Source: an uncultured Verrucomicrobiae bacterium | GTDB taxonomy: Bacteria; Verrucomicrobiota; Verrucomicrobiia; Chthoniobacterales; JAFAMB01 | Assembly (NCBI GenBank): GCA_963813025.1 | Contig: CAWEXO010000011.1 | Span: forward strand, 288,001 to 352,000 | DNA: 64,000 nucleotides | Direction of reading: 5' to 3' | Shown: piece after piece, positions 29,344 to 40,846 of the stretch | Layout: each line of letters starts with the position of its first letter | Numbering within the stretch: the stretch's first letter is position 1 | Notes under the pieces: model-generated | Told to the model about the DNA's origin: nothing | Databases searched by the model: none | Seen by the model: the letters and a program-made list of their open reading frames with translations, nothing else | Position numbers and translations under genes: made by a program

Positions 29344-29745
29344 TTACCAAACCAAAGCCAGCAATTCGCCGCCGATATTTTCCTTTTGAGCCTGCCGGCC
29401 CGTGATAATCCCGCGCGAAGTGGAAAAGATCGCAACGCCCATTCCGCCGAGCACCCGGGGAATTTCCTTCGAGCCGACATATTTGCGCAGCCCGGGTTTG
29501 CTGACGCGCTTCAGCCCGGTGAACGCCGGAGTGCGATTCACAAACTTCATCGTCACCTTAATCCTGCGGTTTGCGCCGCGGTATCGACCGTCAAATTCGG
29601 CAGATGTAACCTTCCTGCTTCAGGATGCGCGCGATCTCCTCCTTCAATCGCGAGTACGGCAGCGGAGACATCGTTCGATTGCGCGCGGCCGCGTTGCGCA
29701 AGCCGCGTCAGAAAATCTGCAATAGGATCAGAAAGATGTACTCAT
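29344..29745 (-). CDS. rpsH: 30S ribosomal protein S8 (frameshifted)
   Basis: [27 protein letters not shown]. Confidence 0.93.
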
Positions 29746-30329
29746 GACTCTCCTGGGCGAAGCCTCCTGGGCCGGCTGCTTGCGTCGCTGAACGGCACGC
29801 CCAGCTCAGCCAGCAAAGCCTTGGCCTCTTCATTCGTTTTTGCCGTGGTGACAATCGTAATATCGAATCCGATGTTGCGTTTGATTTTGTCGAGCTCCAC
29901 TTCGGGAAAAATCGACTGATCCTGCACGCCCAGTGTGTAGTTGCCGTGACCATCAAAAGCCTTCGGCGAAATTCCGCGAAAATCGCGAATGCGCGGCAAG
30001 CGCCATTTTGATGAGGCGCTCGAGGAATTCATACATGCGATCGCCGCGCAAAGTGACTTTCGCGCCGATGGCCTGGCCTTGCGCAGCTTGAAATTCGAGA
30101 TGCTTTTCTTGGATTTTGTTTCCGCCGCCTTCTGGCCGGTGATCAAGCGCGAACTCCGCCTTGGCATCTTCCAAGGCCTGCTTCGCGTCGGCTGCGTGAG
30201 CCGAAACACAAGTATTCACCACCACCTTTCGTACTCTGGGCACTTGCAACAGATTCTTATACCCCATGCTCTTCGCGCAGCGCCGGGACAACCCGTTCCT
30301 GATAATCCTTGATAAAGTTCGGCTTGCAT
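29742..30329 (-). CDS. rplE: 50S ribosomal protein L5 (frameshifted)
   Basis: VTLRG.RMYEFL, LPRIRDFRG, FDG.GNY, IFPE. Confidence 0.94.
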
Positions 30330-30333
30330 TGGT

Positions 30334-30611
30334 TTACTCTCTCTCGACTCTTTCTTCGCGCTTCGGAGCCGACGGATCTCCGACCAGCTTCACGTTCGAG
30401 ATGTGGATCGGGCCTTCGCGCGTGACGATCGCGCCATTCGGATTATCCTGCGATTTGCTTCAACGTCTTTTTGATCAGGCGCACGCCCTCGATCAGAACC
30501 TGCTGTTTCTTCGGCAACACCTGCAGCATCTTCCCCGTCGCTCCCCGATGGTTCCCGGAGATGACTTCGACTTCATCTCCTTTTTTCACGTGAAACTTGC
30601 ACGCGGCTCAT
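30334..30611 (-). CDS. rplX: 50S ribosomal protein L24 (frameshifted)
   Basis: HVKKGDEV.VISG, EGPIHISNV. Confidence 0.9.
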
Positions 30612-30972
30612 AATACCTCCGGCGCCAGCGAAATGATTTTCATGAAATTCTCTCGCGCAACTCGCGCGCGACCGGCCCGAAAATGCGGGTTCCTCGCGGA
30701 TTCAGATCCTTGTCGATGATGACAATGGCGTTGTTATCGAAACGCAGGTAGGAACCGTCGTCGCGTTTGACCGGTTGCCTGGTTCGCACCACCACGGCCC
30801 GAACCACCTCGCCCTTTTTTACCGTGCCGCCGGCCGACGCTTCCTTCACGTTGCAAGTGATCACGTCGCCGATCGAGGCATAAAGCGTCGGTTTGCCGAT
30901 GACGCCGATCATGGTCGCCATCCGCGCGCCGGTATTATCGGCGACATCCAATCTGGAACGAAGTTGAATCAT
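30608..30972 (-). CDS. rplN: 50S ribosomal protein L14
   Basis: [25 protein letters not shown]. Confidence 0.96.
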
Positions 30973-30992
30973 CGGTGTCTTCCCAAAGAGAG

Positions 30993-31401
30993 TTAGTGTT
31001 TCAGCACTTCGACCAGCCGCCAACGTTTCAGCCGGCTCAGCGGCCGGGTTTCCTCGACCCGCACCAGGTCGCCGACCGCACAATGGTTTTCCTCGTCGTG
31101 CGCGTACAATTTTTTCGTGCGCTTCACGATCTTGCCAAACTTGGAGTGCGGCACACGCCGGACAACCGCAACCACGATGGTCTTATCCATTTTATTGGAG
31201 ACAACCTCGCCGACGCGGGTCTTCCGAAGATGCCGCTTCGGAACTTCCGCCTGGAGCGGCGCCGGTGCCGGCGCGGTCTCTGCCGCAACGGAGGACGTCA
31301 ACTCTTCCGGAACCGGTCCGCCGCAGCCGGCCTATCGTCGATTTTACCGTTGCCGATTCCGCCGTGGCAGTTTCTTCAGTCTCCGAATTCTCTTCAGCCA
31401 T
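30993..31401 (-). CDS. rpsQ: 30S ribosomal protein S17 with acidic N-terminal extension (frameshifted)
   Basis: [26 protein letters not shown]. Confidence 0.94.
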
Positions 31402-31403
31402 TT

Positions 31404-31686
31404 TTAAAAATTCCTCTCACAAGCCGTCCTCAGAAAAGACGGTAGTCTCTCTAGGGCTTTTTCCTGCCGGCCGTTCGCGCCTTCGTTTGCGCTCGTCTGG
31501 CTGACCCGCTCCGTCAGAATCGTCTCGATGCGGGCAACCTCGCGGCGATTCAGGCGCAGAACGCTCGGCTTTTCCAGCGCGCCGGTCTGCTGCTGCAGAC
31601 GGAGATGAAACATCTCCTTCTCGCAGCTCCCGGCGCCGAACCAGCAGCTCGTCGTTGCTCAATTCCCGTAATTCTTTGATTTTCAT
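31404..31686 (-). CDS. rpmC: 50S ribosomal protein L29 (frameshifted; end uncertain)
   Basis: MKIKELRELS..EL / FHLRLQ...G.LE....RREVARIETIL. Confidence 0.9.
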
Positions 31687-31698
31687 CGCTAAATGCTC

Positions 31699-32122
31699 TT
31701 ACAGAGCTACGGCGTGATGCCGAGCCAGGAATCGGGTGCGGACCGGCAGCTTGGTCGCCGCCAGGCGCAGCGATTCGCGCGCGACCGATTCCGGTACACC
31801 GTCCAGTTCAAAAGAATGTTGCCCGGCCGCACCGTCGCGACCCAATATCGGGCTTGCCTTTGCCTTTACCCATTCGGGTTTCCGGCGGGCGCTCCGTCAC
31901 CGATTTGTCCGGGAAAATCTTGATCCAGAGCTTGCCTTTTCTTTTCATGTTGCGGGTCAACGCAACACGCGCCGCTTCGATCTGGGTGTTCGTGATCCAG
32001 GCGCGCTCCAGCGTCTGCAAGGCGTATTCGCCAAAGGCGATCGAGATATTGCGCGTCGCGTTGCCCGCGCGGCTGCCCCGCTGGGTCTTCCGATACTTCA
32101 CTCTTTTTGGCATCAATGGCAT
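31699..32122 (-). CDS. rplP: 50S ribosomal protein L16 (frameshifted)
   Basis: [30 protein letters not shown]. Confidence 0.95.
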
Positions 32123-32146
32123 AAGATCTCCTCAAAAGCCTTCTAG

Positions 32147-32855
32147 TTAGCCGGAGCTGCCGCAGGCCGAGCTTCGGCGGGAATCCCGGTCGCGCGGTTC
32201 GCGTTCCCGACGTCGCGCGTGTCCTCTTCGGCTGTCTTCAGGCTTACAGATCCAGCATTTCACGCCGATTTTGCCGTAAACGGTGTTCGCTTCCGCAAAT
32301 CCGTAATCGATCGGCGTGCGCAAAGTATGCAACGGAATCTTCCCTTCGCGATACCATTCCGCGCGCGAAATTTCCGCGCCACCCAGCCGGCCGGCACAGC
32401 GAATCTTGATTCCCTGCGCCCCAAAATCCATCGTCGTCTGCACCGCTTTTTTCATCGCGCGGCGAAAAGAGATCCGGCGTTCGATTTGCAACGCCACATT
32501 TTCCGCAACGAGTTGCGCGTCCAGTTCCGGCGTTTTGATTTCCTGAATATCGATCTTGACCTGTTTGCCGCCGGACATCCGGGTGATCTCTTCGGTCATC
32601 TTCTCGATCTCCGCGCCTTTGCGGCCGATCACGATGCCGGGACGCGCCGTGTAAATCGTCACCCGGATACTGTTCCAGGCGCGCTCGATGATGATCTTCG
32701 CAACCGCCGCCATGAAAGCTTCTTCTTCACGTAATCGCGGATCTGCAGGTCGGCATGCAGAAACTCAGGAAATTCCTTCGGCGAGGCATACCAGCGCGAA
32801 CGCCAGTCCTATTCACCGCGAGACGAAATCCGATTGGATTAACTTTTTGTCCCAT
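32147..32855 (-). CDS. rpsC: 30S ribosomal protein S3 (frameshifted)
   Basis: [37 protein letters not shown]. Confidence 0.96.
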
Positions 32856-32862
32856 AAGTGAT

Positions 32863-33333
32863 TTATTTCTCCGTTTCCGCCTCCGCGTCGGTCGGTGGTT
32901 TCTCTGCTGCTTTTCGTCCTTTGAGCCTCGGTGCGTTTCTCCCGCGCAGCCGCTGACAGATTCCGTTGTTCTGGCCGCAATTTTGGTTCGCGCGAGTCCC
33001 TCCTTCGTCACTCAACACGATCCGGATATGACTGGTTCGCTTCCGGATCGGGCTTGCACTGCCTCGAGCGCGAGGGCGAAACCGCTTGAAGGTCGGGCCT
33101 TCTCCGACAATTGCCTCCTTGACCAGCAAAGTGTCCACTTTGAGTTCCGCGTTGTTCTCGGCGTTCGCGATCGCGCTTTTCAAAGTCTTTTTCACCAGGC
33201 CGCCGCCTTCTTCGGACTGAACGTCAACAGATCCAGCGCATCCGCGGCCGAACGACCCTGGATTTCGCGCGTCACCTCCCTGCGCCTTAAACGCGGAAAT
33301 CCGCGCATAGCGATAAGTGGATGTGACTTGCAT
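32863..33333 (-). CDS. rplV: 50S ribosomal protein L22 (frameshifted)
   Basis: [28 protein letters not shown]. Confidence 0.94.
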   Translation of the reverse strand: MQVTSTYRYARISAFKAQGGDARNPGSFGRGCAGSVDVQSEEGGGLVKKTLKSAIANAENNAELKVDTLLVKEAIVGEGPTFKRFRPRARGSASPIRKRTSHIRIVLSDEGGTRANQNCGQNNGICQRLRGRNAPRLKGRKAAEKPPTDAEAETEK

Positions 33334-33346
33334 CTTCTTTGCTCCT

Positions 33347-33624
33347 CTACTTCGTCACCTTCGCGGTGTGCGCGCCGTGTTTCTTGAATGTCGGGTCGGC
33401 GAAAATTCGCCGAGCTTGTGCCCGACCATGTTCTCCGTCACGAAGACGGAATTAAAAATTTTGCCGTTGTGCACCAGAAACGTGTGACCGACGAAATCGG
33501 GCGTGATCATCGACCGGCGCGACCAGGTCTTGATCGGCTTCTTCGCTGTCCACGCTTCATCTTGTCGATTTTCTCGAGCAGATTCGGCTCGACAAACGGC
33601 CCTTTTTTCAGCGATCTGACCCAT
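33347..33624 (-). CDS. rpsS: 30S ribosomal protein S19 (frameshifted)
   Basis: [29 protein letters not shown]. Confidence 0.95.
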
Positions 33625-33627
33625 AGG

Positions 33628-34473
33628 TTATTTCTTTCTTGTGCTTTGCGGCGCTCGACGATGAATGCGTCGCTCGGCTTATGTTTCCGGCGGGTCTTGA
33701 ATCCCTTGGCAGCTGGCCCCACGGGCTGACCGGATGATGGCGTCCGCCGCCGCCTTTGCTTTTGCCCTGGCCGCCGCCCATCGGGTGATCGATCGGGTTC
33801 ATCACCATGCCGCGGACGTGCGGCCGGCTGCCCAGCCAGCGGGTGCGTCCGGCTTTGCCGCTCGAAACGTTCATGTGATCGACGTTGCCGACCTGGCCGA
33901 TCGTCGCGTAAGCGTTCTCGTGGATCCGCCGGATCTCGCCCGAAGGCATCCGCACCAGCGCATAGCCGGCTTCGCGATTACTCAAAATCAGCCTGCTGGC
34001 CGGCACTGCGGGCGATCTGGCCGCCGCGGCCCGGAATGAGCTCGACATTATGAATCGACGTGCCCAGCGGAATCGCACTTAGCGGCAGAGCATTGCCCAC
34101 GTCCGGCGCCACGTTATCGCCGGCGACAACCTTGGCGCCGACTGACAGCCCGTCCGGAGCAAGAATGTAGGCCTTCTCCCTCCGTTTCATAGGAGCAAGC
34201 GATGCGCGCAGAGCGGTTCGGATCGTACTCGATCGCTTCGACCACCGCGGCGACGTCGCGAAGCTTCCGCTTGAAAGTCGATCACGCGATATTTCCGCTT
34301 GTGCCCGCCGCCGATGTGCCGCGAAGTGAGCCGGCCACGGTTGTTGCGGCCGCCGCTGCGCTTCAGCGGCTCAACCAGCGATTTCTCGGGATGATCCTTC
34401 GTGATCTCGTCGAACGCGGGCGTCTGTTTGAAACGCTGCGTCGGAGTGAGCGGCCGAAAATCTTTAGTGCCAT
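33628..34473 (-). CDS. rplB: 50S ribosomal protein L2 (frameshifted)
   Basis: [29 protein letters not shown]. Confidence 0.96.
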
Positions 34474-34487
34474 CTGACTTTTCTCCC

Positions 34488-34770
34488 TTAAACCAGATCG
34501 ATCTTCTCGCCTTCAGCCAGCGTGACGATCGCTTTCTTCCAGTGCGACCGGCGGCCGAAGTCGGCCCGGCGTTCGCGTTTCTTCTTGCCGGCGTACTGGC
34601 AGGTATTCACCCGCACGACTGTCTTTCCGAAAAGCTCCTCGATGGCTTGCTTGATCTCGATTTTGTTCGCTCGCGGATCAACCCGAAAAACATACTGGTT
34701 GTGCTTTTCTCCCAGAACGTGGCTTTTTCCGTAAGCCGGATATTGCCAATAAATTTTTGGCCTCGTTCAT
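34488..34770 (-). CDS. rplW: 50S ribosomal protein L23 (frameshifted)
   Basis: [28 protein letters not shown]. Confidence 0.9.
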
Positions 34771-35372
34771 GCGATCCTTTCCGCCAGCTGGGCGAGCGCT
34801 TCGCTGGTCACGATGATTTTCCGGAACGAAGCAGCTGTTCGGTATTCACTTCCGCCGCGGTGTTTAACCAGACCTCAGCGACATTGCGGGCCGCGCGGTA
34901 GGTCGCTTCGTCAAAACGTTCCGCGATCAGCAGCACTTTGCTGGCTTCGGTGTGAGACCGCAGCAGCTGAACGAAAGCTTTGGTTTTCGGCTGTTCGACC
35001 GCGATGGCTCGGTCACCAGGACGTCGCCGGCAATGATCCGCGCGCTGAGAGCCTTCAGAAGGCGAGGCGCCTGACAGACTTTGTGACCTTTTTTGAGTAA
35101 TCGCGCGGCTTGGGTCCGAAGACGACACCGCCGCCGGACCATACCGGCGAGGAGACATAGCCGGCCCGCGCCCGGCCGGTGCCTTTCTGCCGCCAAGGCT
35201 TCTTCCCGGAAGCGGTTACCTGCGCCTTGGTCTTTGTATTGGCGGTACCGCTGCGCCGATTGGCGCGCAGCGATACCACGACGTCGTGCACAGCCTGGGT
35301 GCCCCGGCCGTTCTCGATCACATCGATCTTCGCCTTCTTGGCTGCATCGATGGTTAAAACGGTTGCACTCAT
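34767..35372 (-). CDS. rplD: 50S ribosomal protein L4 (frameshifted)
   Basis: [26 protein letters not shown]. Confidence 0.95.
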
Positions 35373-36022
35373 GATTGCCTCGCGCTCTCCAGGTGCTGTT
35401 TCTTCTTGGCCGGACGAACGACCACGTAGCTGCCGTTCGCTCCCGGCACCGCGCCACAAACCAAAATGACGTTTTCTTTCCGACGCACCTGAACGATCCG
35501 CAGATTCTGCACCGTCACTCGCTCGTCACCCAGGTGGCCGGGCATGCCCATGTTTTTCCAGACCCGGCCGGGCGTGGACCGGTTGCCGATCGCGCCGTTG
35601 CGCCGATGCATCTTGGACCCGTGCGACGCAGGTTGCCCATCAAAACCGTGCTTCCTCACCACACCCTGAAAACCCTTTCCCTTGGATCGGCCGATGACAT
35701 CCACGAACTGCCCGGCGCAAACTGGCTGACAGTAAGATCCAGTCGCCGTTATCTGCGGACCGTTCGGGAGACGAAACTCGCGCACGAGTTTTTTCGGCTC
35801 AACGCCGGCCTTCTTGAAATGACCAAGCTCCGGTTTGGTCACCCGGGATTCTTTCTGCGTAGCGAATCCCACCTGCACGCCCCAGTAGCCATCTTTTTCC
35901 TCGGTTTTGCGCTGAAGCACGGTATTGTCTTCCGCTTCGATGACGGTCACCGGGGTAACTTTGCCGCTCGCGTCGTACACGCGCGTCATCCCGACTTTTC
36001 GTCCTAGCAATCCTATATTCAT
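35369..36022 (-). CDS. rplC: 50S ribosomal protein L3
   Basis: [22 protein letters not shown]. Confidence 0.96.
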   Translation of the reverse strand: MNIGLLGRKVGMTRVYDASGKVTPVTVIEAEDNTVLQRKTEEKDGYWGVQVGFATQKESRVTKPELGHFKKAGVEPKKLVREFRLPNGPQITATGSYCQPVCAGQFVDVIGRSKGKGFQGVVRKHGFDGQPASHGSKMHRRNGAIGNRSTPGRVWKNMGMPGHLGDERVTVQNLRIVQVRRKENVILVCGAVPGANGSYVVVRPAKKKQHLESARQS

Positions 36023-36039
36023 GGGCGCGTGAAAAACGG

Positions 36040-36351
36040 TTAAATTTTGATCGTGATGTCCACGCCCGCCGGCAAGTTCAGCTTCCGCAGCTCGTCCACG
36101 GTCTTGGCGGTCGGCTCGATGATGTCGAGCAGCCGTTTGTGGGTGCGGATCTCAAACTGGTCCATCGATTTTTTGTCGACGTGCGGTGAGCGGTTAACGG
36201 TAAATTTCTCAATGCTCGTCGGCAGGGGAATCGGTCCGGCAACTTTCGCGCCGGTGCGTTTCGCTGTCTCGACGATCTCGGTCGCTGATTGGTCGAGCAT
36301 GCGAAAATCAAATCCCTTCAGCCGGATGCGGATGCGTTGTCCGTTTGTCAT
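36040..36351 (-). CDS. rpsJ: 30S ribosomal protein S10
   Basis: [31 protein letters not shown]. Confidence 0.97.
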   Translation of the reverse strand: MTNGQRIRIRLKGFDFRMLDQSATEIVETAKRTGAKVAGPIPLPTSIEKFTVNRSPHVDKKSMDQFEIRTHKRLLDIIEPTAKTVDELRKLNLPAGVDITIKI

Positions 36352-36358
36352 CGAATTT

Positions 36359-38532
36359 CTAGGCTCCTTTTTGGTCCAACACCGCCGCAACAATTTGCGC
36401 AGGCACCGGCTCGAAATGCGACGGCTCCATGGAATAGGAAGCGCGCCCTTTGGAAAGCGAACGGATGGCGGTCGCGTAGCCGAACATCTCCGCCAACGGC
36501 ACTTCCGCATGCACGACGGTGGCGACACCTTTGTTTTCCATGCTGATGATCCGGCCGCGGCGCCGATTCAAGTCGCCCATGATGTCGCCCTGGTACTCCT
36601 CCGGCGTCACGCCTCCACCTTCATGATCGGCTCGAGCAGGATCGAGTTGGCCTTTTTGAAGGCGTCCTTCATCGCGAAGATCGCGGCCAATTTAAAGGCC
36701 AACTCGTTCGAGTCGACGTCGTGGTACGACCCGTCAACGATGTCGACTTCGAGGTCGATCACCGGGTAACCGCCCACGATACCGTTTAAGACGGCTTCTT
36801 CGATGCCCTTTCTACCGCAGGGATGTATTCCTTCGGAATCGTGCCGCCGACGATCTTGTTCTCGATCGTGAGACCTTTGCCGCGTTCGCGCGGTTCAACA
36901 TTGACCATGACGTGTCCGTACTGGCCGCGACCGCCGGATTGCTTGATCAGCTTGCCTTCGCCGTTCGGCGTTCTTCGTGATCGTTTCGCGATAAGCGATC
37001 TGCGGTTTGCCGGCGTTCGCATCCACCTTGAACTCGCGGAGCATCCGGTCCCGAATAATTTCCAGATGAAGCTCGCCCATTCCGGCGATGATCGTCTGGC
37101 CGGTGTCTTCGTTGGTGTAAACCCGGAAAGTCGGATCTTCTTCGGCCAAGCGCTGTAAAGCGGTGCCCATCTTTTCCTGGTCGAGCTTGGTCTTGGGCTC
37201 GATCGCCATGGAGATGACCGGGTCGGGAAACGACGGCGGCTCGAGCAGAATCGGATGATCCTCGTCGCAGAGCGTATCGCCCGTCGTGATGTTTTTGATT
37301 CCGACGATCGCGGCGATATCGCCCGAGTAACAAGTCTCGATGTCTTCGCGCTTGTCCGCCTGAATCTGGATCAGCCGGCTGATGCGCTCGCGCTTGTTCG
37401 TTCGCGGATTGTAAACGGTATCGCCTTTGGAAAGTTTGCCGGAGTAAACCCGGAAGAAGACCAGCTTCCCGACAAACGGATCGCTCCAGAGCTTGAACGC
37501 CAGCGAACAGAAATTGCCGTTATCGTCCGTCACGGCTTCCTTCGGCTCGAGCGTGTCGGGATCAATGACCCCTGGCCGGCGGAATATCGAGCGGGCCGGG
37601 AAGATAATCGACGACCGCATCAACGAGATACTGAACGCCTTTGTTCTTAAAGGCGGAACCGCCGGCGACCGGAACAAACTGATTGGCGATGGTCAGCCGA
37701 CGGATGCCGGCTTTGAGATCTTTTGGCGTTACCGGCTTTTCTTCGAGGAAGAGAGTTCCGACTTCGTCGTCGAGGTTGGCTACTTGCTCGACGAGGTCGG
37801 CGTAAGCCTTGTCGACCATGTCCTTATATTCGGCCGGGACTTCGGTAATTTCGTAGGTGGAACCGTAGATGTCGCTGTCGGAATAAAGAACGGCTTCTTG
37901 TTAACCACATCGAGTTGGCCGTGAAGTTGATCTTCTTTGCCTAACGGAATCAGAACTGGCCAGGCATTCGCGCCCAGCTTTTCGTGGATCTCCTTCACGA
38001 CGTTGTCGAAATTGGCGCCGACCCGGTCCATCTTGTTCACGAAACAGATGCGCGGCACATTATATTTGTTGGCCTGGCGCCAAACCGTTTCGGACTGCGG
38101 CTGCACCCCGGCCACGCCGTCGAAAACGACAATCGCGCCGTCCAGCACGCGGAGCGAACGCTCCACTTCCGCAGTGAAATCCACGTGGCCGGGCGTATCA
38201 ATGATATTGATCCGCAGCTTGTGGCCGTCGTATAGCTTGAAGACGCCCGGTTCAACTCGCTGAGTCCAGAAGCAGGTCGTCGCAGCCGAGGTGATCGTGA
38301 TGCCACGCTCGCGTTCCTGCTCCATCCAGTCGGTCACCGTGGTGCCTTCATGCACTTCGCCGATCCTATGGATCATGCCGGTATAAAACAGGATCCGCTC
38401 GGTGAGAGTCGTTTTGCCGGCGTCGATGTGCGCGCTGATGCCGATGTTGCGGGTGCGCTCGAGCGGATACGCCCGGTTCGGCGAATTCGGGTTCGTCATG
38501 GCCGCAGCCTTTTCTAAAACGGTTGAGGTCAC
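36359..38532 (-). CDS. fusA: Elongation factor G (frameshifted)
   Basis: [44 protein letters not shown]. Confidence 0.97.
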
Positions 38533-38538
38533 AGGTGT

Positions 38539-39009
38539 TTACCAGCGGAAATGCGCAAATGCCCGGTTGGCTTGCGCCATTTTATGCGTGTCGTCGCGCT
38601 TTTTAATCGCGTTGCCCTGGCCCGCGGCGGCATCCTTGATTTCCGCCGCCAGGTTGTCGGTCATCGTCCCACGGCGATTTTTCGCGAAAGTGACGATCCA
38701 GCGCATCGCTAAAGAGACCTGGCGACTCGTTGAGACTTCGATCGGAACCTGATAAGTCGCGCCACCCACCCGGCGCGATTTGACCTCAAGCCGAGGTTTC
38801 GCGTTTTCCAGCGCTTTGTGCAAGGTTTCCAGCGGATCGACCGAATCCGAGCCTTCGCGGCTTTTTTCGATCGCCTGATAGACAATGCGCTCGGCCAAAG
38901 ATTTTTTCCCACCCCGCATGACGGTGTCGATAAGCCGGGCCACGGCCGGACTGCCATAACGGCTATCGAGCTTTTCTGATCGATGAATGACTCTGCGACG
39001 ACGTGACAT
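38539..39009 (-). CDS. rpsG: 30S ribosomal protein S7
   Basis: [24 protein letters not shown]. Confidence 0.98.
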   Translation of the reverse strand: MSRRRRVIHRSEKLDSRYGSPAVARLIDTVMRGGKKSLAERIVYQAIEKSREGSDSVDPLETLHKALENAKPRLEVKSRRVGGATYQVPIEVSTSRQVSLAMRWIVTFAKNRRGTMTDNLAAEIKDAAAGQGNAIKKRDDTHKMAQANRAFAHFRW

Positions 39010-39015
39010 AGGTCC

Positions 39016-39426
39016 TTACTTTTTTTTGCCTTTCCCGGCTGGTTCAGCGCCTCCCTCTTTCGGACGCTTGGCGCCATATTTGGAACGGCTTCGCCGGCGT
39101 CCATCGACTCCGAGGCTATCCAACGTTCCGCGAACAATATGATATCGGACGCCGGGCAGATCTTTTACTCGACCTCCGCGCACGAGCACGATCGAGTGTT
39201 CCTGCAGGTTATGACCCTCGCCGGGAATGTAGGCGATCACTTCCTGCCCATTGGTCAGCCGCACTTTGGCGACCTTTCGCAATGCGGAGTTTGGCTTCTT
39301 CGGAGTGCGCGTCATAACTTGAACACAGACACCGCGTCGCTGCGGACAGTCCGCCAGAGCGGGCGACTTTGATTTCACCGCCATCTGTCTTCGACCTTTT
39401 CGAATAAGCTGGTTAATAGTTGGCAT
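39016..39426 (-). CDS. rpsL: 30S ribosomal protein S12
   Basis: [29 protein letters not shown]. Confidence 0.98.
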   Translation of the reverse strand: MPTINQLIRKGRRQMAVKSKSPALADCPQRRGVCVQVMTRTPKKPNSALRKVAKVRLTNGQEVIAYIPGEGHNLQEHSIVLVRGGRVKDLPGVRYHIVRGTLDSLGVDGRRRSRSKYGAKRPKEGGAEPAGKGKKK

Positions 39427-39461
39427 CTAAAGAGTTCGGTTTCTCCCGTCGTCGAGGGACT

Positions 39462-39542
39462 AAAAAACCGCGCTGGCAACTGGTTTCTCTTCCGCCAGAC
39501 GCGGGGGAGCGTGGACTATAATAGGTTTCCCTACCGGCGCAA
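39462..39542 (-). promoter_or_regulatory. Putative str-operon promoter and leader hairpin with U6 tract
   Basis: Minus strand TTGCGC-N16-TATAGT, then CCGCGTCTGGC...GCCAGCGCGG-TTTTTT about 35 nt before the rpsL ATG. Confidence 0.55.
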
Positions 39543-39709
39543 GAGAATTTTAGTCAGGCGCGCTAAGCGCGAGCCCCTCGAAATACGAAGACCTGACGGT
39601 ACCACACCGACAAGCGTTCGCAAGGGAGGGAAGACACGCCGCGCTTGTTTGAACAGTTCTCAGAAACGGCTGTTACCCGGAAGATAAATGTGCTTTTCTG
39701 AGCAGCGCC

Positions 39710-40132
39710 ATGGCTATTCGCTTTGATCGCCAAATCACGGTAGCGCTGGAAAACCGGCCGGGACAGCTCGCGACCGTTTGCCGGCTCCTGGCGGAAGCTT
39801 CGATCAGCATCGACGGGATCGCGGTGATCGATAATCTCGAGCAAGGTGTCATTCGCCTCATAACCAGCGATCCCGACAAATGCTCTCGGATTCTAAGCAA
39901 AGCAGGTTGTTACGTGGTGGAAGGCGACGTGCTGGTCCTGGATACCCTCGATCGGCCGGGCTTGCTCGCCCGGGTCACCACTCAACTCGCGGAAGCCAAG
40001 ATCAACATTGACTACGTTTATGGTACCAGCGAACACCCCGGATCGCCCATGCGCTTGGTGCTGAAAGCCTCGGATCTTGCCCGGGCCAAGCAAACGATCG
40101 AATCGTTTCTGACCGGGTCCGGCCCGGTGTGA
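39710..40132 (+). CDS. Tandem ACT-domain protein
   Basis: LENRPGQLA...LAEA.I.I and DRPG.LA....LAEA.INIDY.Y. Confidence 0.9.
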   Translation: MAIRFDRQITVALENRPGQLATVCRLLAEASISIDGIAVIDNLEQGVIRLITSDPDKCSRILSKAGCYVVEGDVLVLDTLDRPGLLARVTTQLAEAKINIDYVYGTSEHPGSPMRLVLKASDLARAKQTIESFLTGSGPV

Positions 40133-40155
40133 ACGGCGTTTATGCGAGCGCTCTG

Positions 40156-40326
40156 GTAGCGCGGACGACCTCGTCCGTAAACCGGAGCTAATGAAGCCGT
40201 GTGCCACACCGGAAGCCGGCGAGCAGGATTTGGTCGAGTCTATGCAACGAGGTGCGTCGCCGGAGTTGAGGTATTGTGCGAACTCGGCTGCGTAGCCACC
40301 CGGACGGACGGGGCCGTCCGCGCTAC
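40156..40326. mobile_element. REPIN: inverted pair of GTAG-type REP sequences
   Basis: GTAGCGCGGACGACCTCGTCCGT ... ACGGACGGGGCCGTCCGCGCTAC (21/23 inverted match). Confidence 0.8.
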
Positions 40327-40330
40327 GCCG

Positions 40331-40366
40331 AAAAGGTCGAAGCCGGCGCCTTGCGGCGCCGGCTTC
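40331..40366 (-). terminator. Rho-independent terminator of rnpB
   Basis: GAAGCCGGCGCC-gcaa-GGCGCCGGCTTC followed by GACCTTTT on the minus strand. Confidence 0.75.
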
Positions 40367-40800
40367 GCTTCGTGGCATAAGCCGAATTCTGTCCGGTTCG
40401 GTACAACGGAACCGTGGCGATCATTTATCTTCGCCAAATTACGGCGATCCCGGATATCCGGGACGCGACTATTACCCGAGAGGTCCCAGTCTGCGACCGA
40501 GGGGACAGGCGGCCCGCCTCTCTGTTCTGTCTTGCACCACTCGGGGTTTTTCCTGCGCCAGGCTTTACAGCCAAGCCGGTGGGCTCTTACCCCGCCTTTT
40601 CATCCTTACCCGGCTCCATCCGTCGGCTCCCAAGGGAACCGTTTCAACCAAGCCGAGCGGTATCTTTTCTGTGACACTATCCGTCAATCGCGGCTTACGC
40701 CGTCAATTGCCCGCGTTTTCACGCGGCGAGTTGCCTGTTGGTGTTCGGACTTTCCTCTGCCTGGCTTGGGAGCCAGACAGCGATCGCCTGCTCACGCTGC
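40367..40800 (-). ncRNA. rnpB: RNase P RNA (ends approximate)
   Basis: Minus strand contains GAGGAAAGTCCGAACAC near the 5' end and ACAGAATTCGGCTTA near the 3' end. Confidence 0.95.
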
Positions 40801-40802
40801 TT

Positions 40803-40831
40803 ATTATACTAGCAAGGTATTTCAGCCACAA
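40803..40831 (-). promoter_or_regulatory. Sigma-70 promoter of rnpB
   Basis: TTGTGG-N17-TATAAT on the minus strand. Confidence 0.7.
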
Positions 40832-40846
40832 GACCAGGGCGGTCGG

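Noticed and set aside
24070..38000. Programmed frameshifting or mass pseudogenisation of translation genes
   Set aside because: Indels are numerous, irregular and in essential genes; sequencing or consensus error is far more likely
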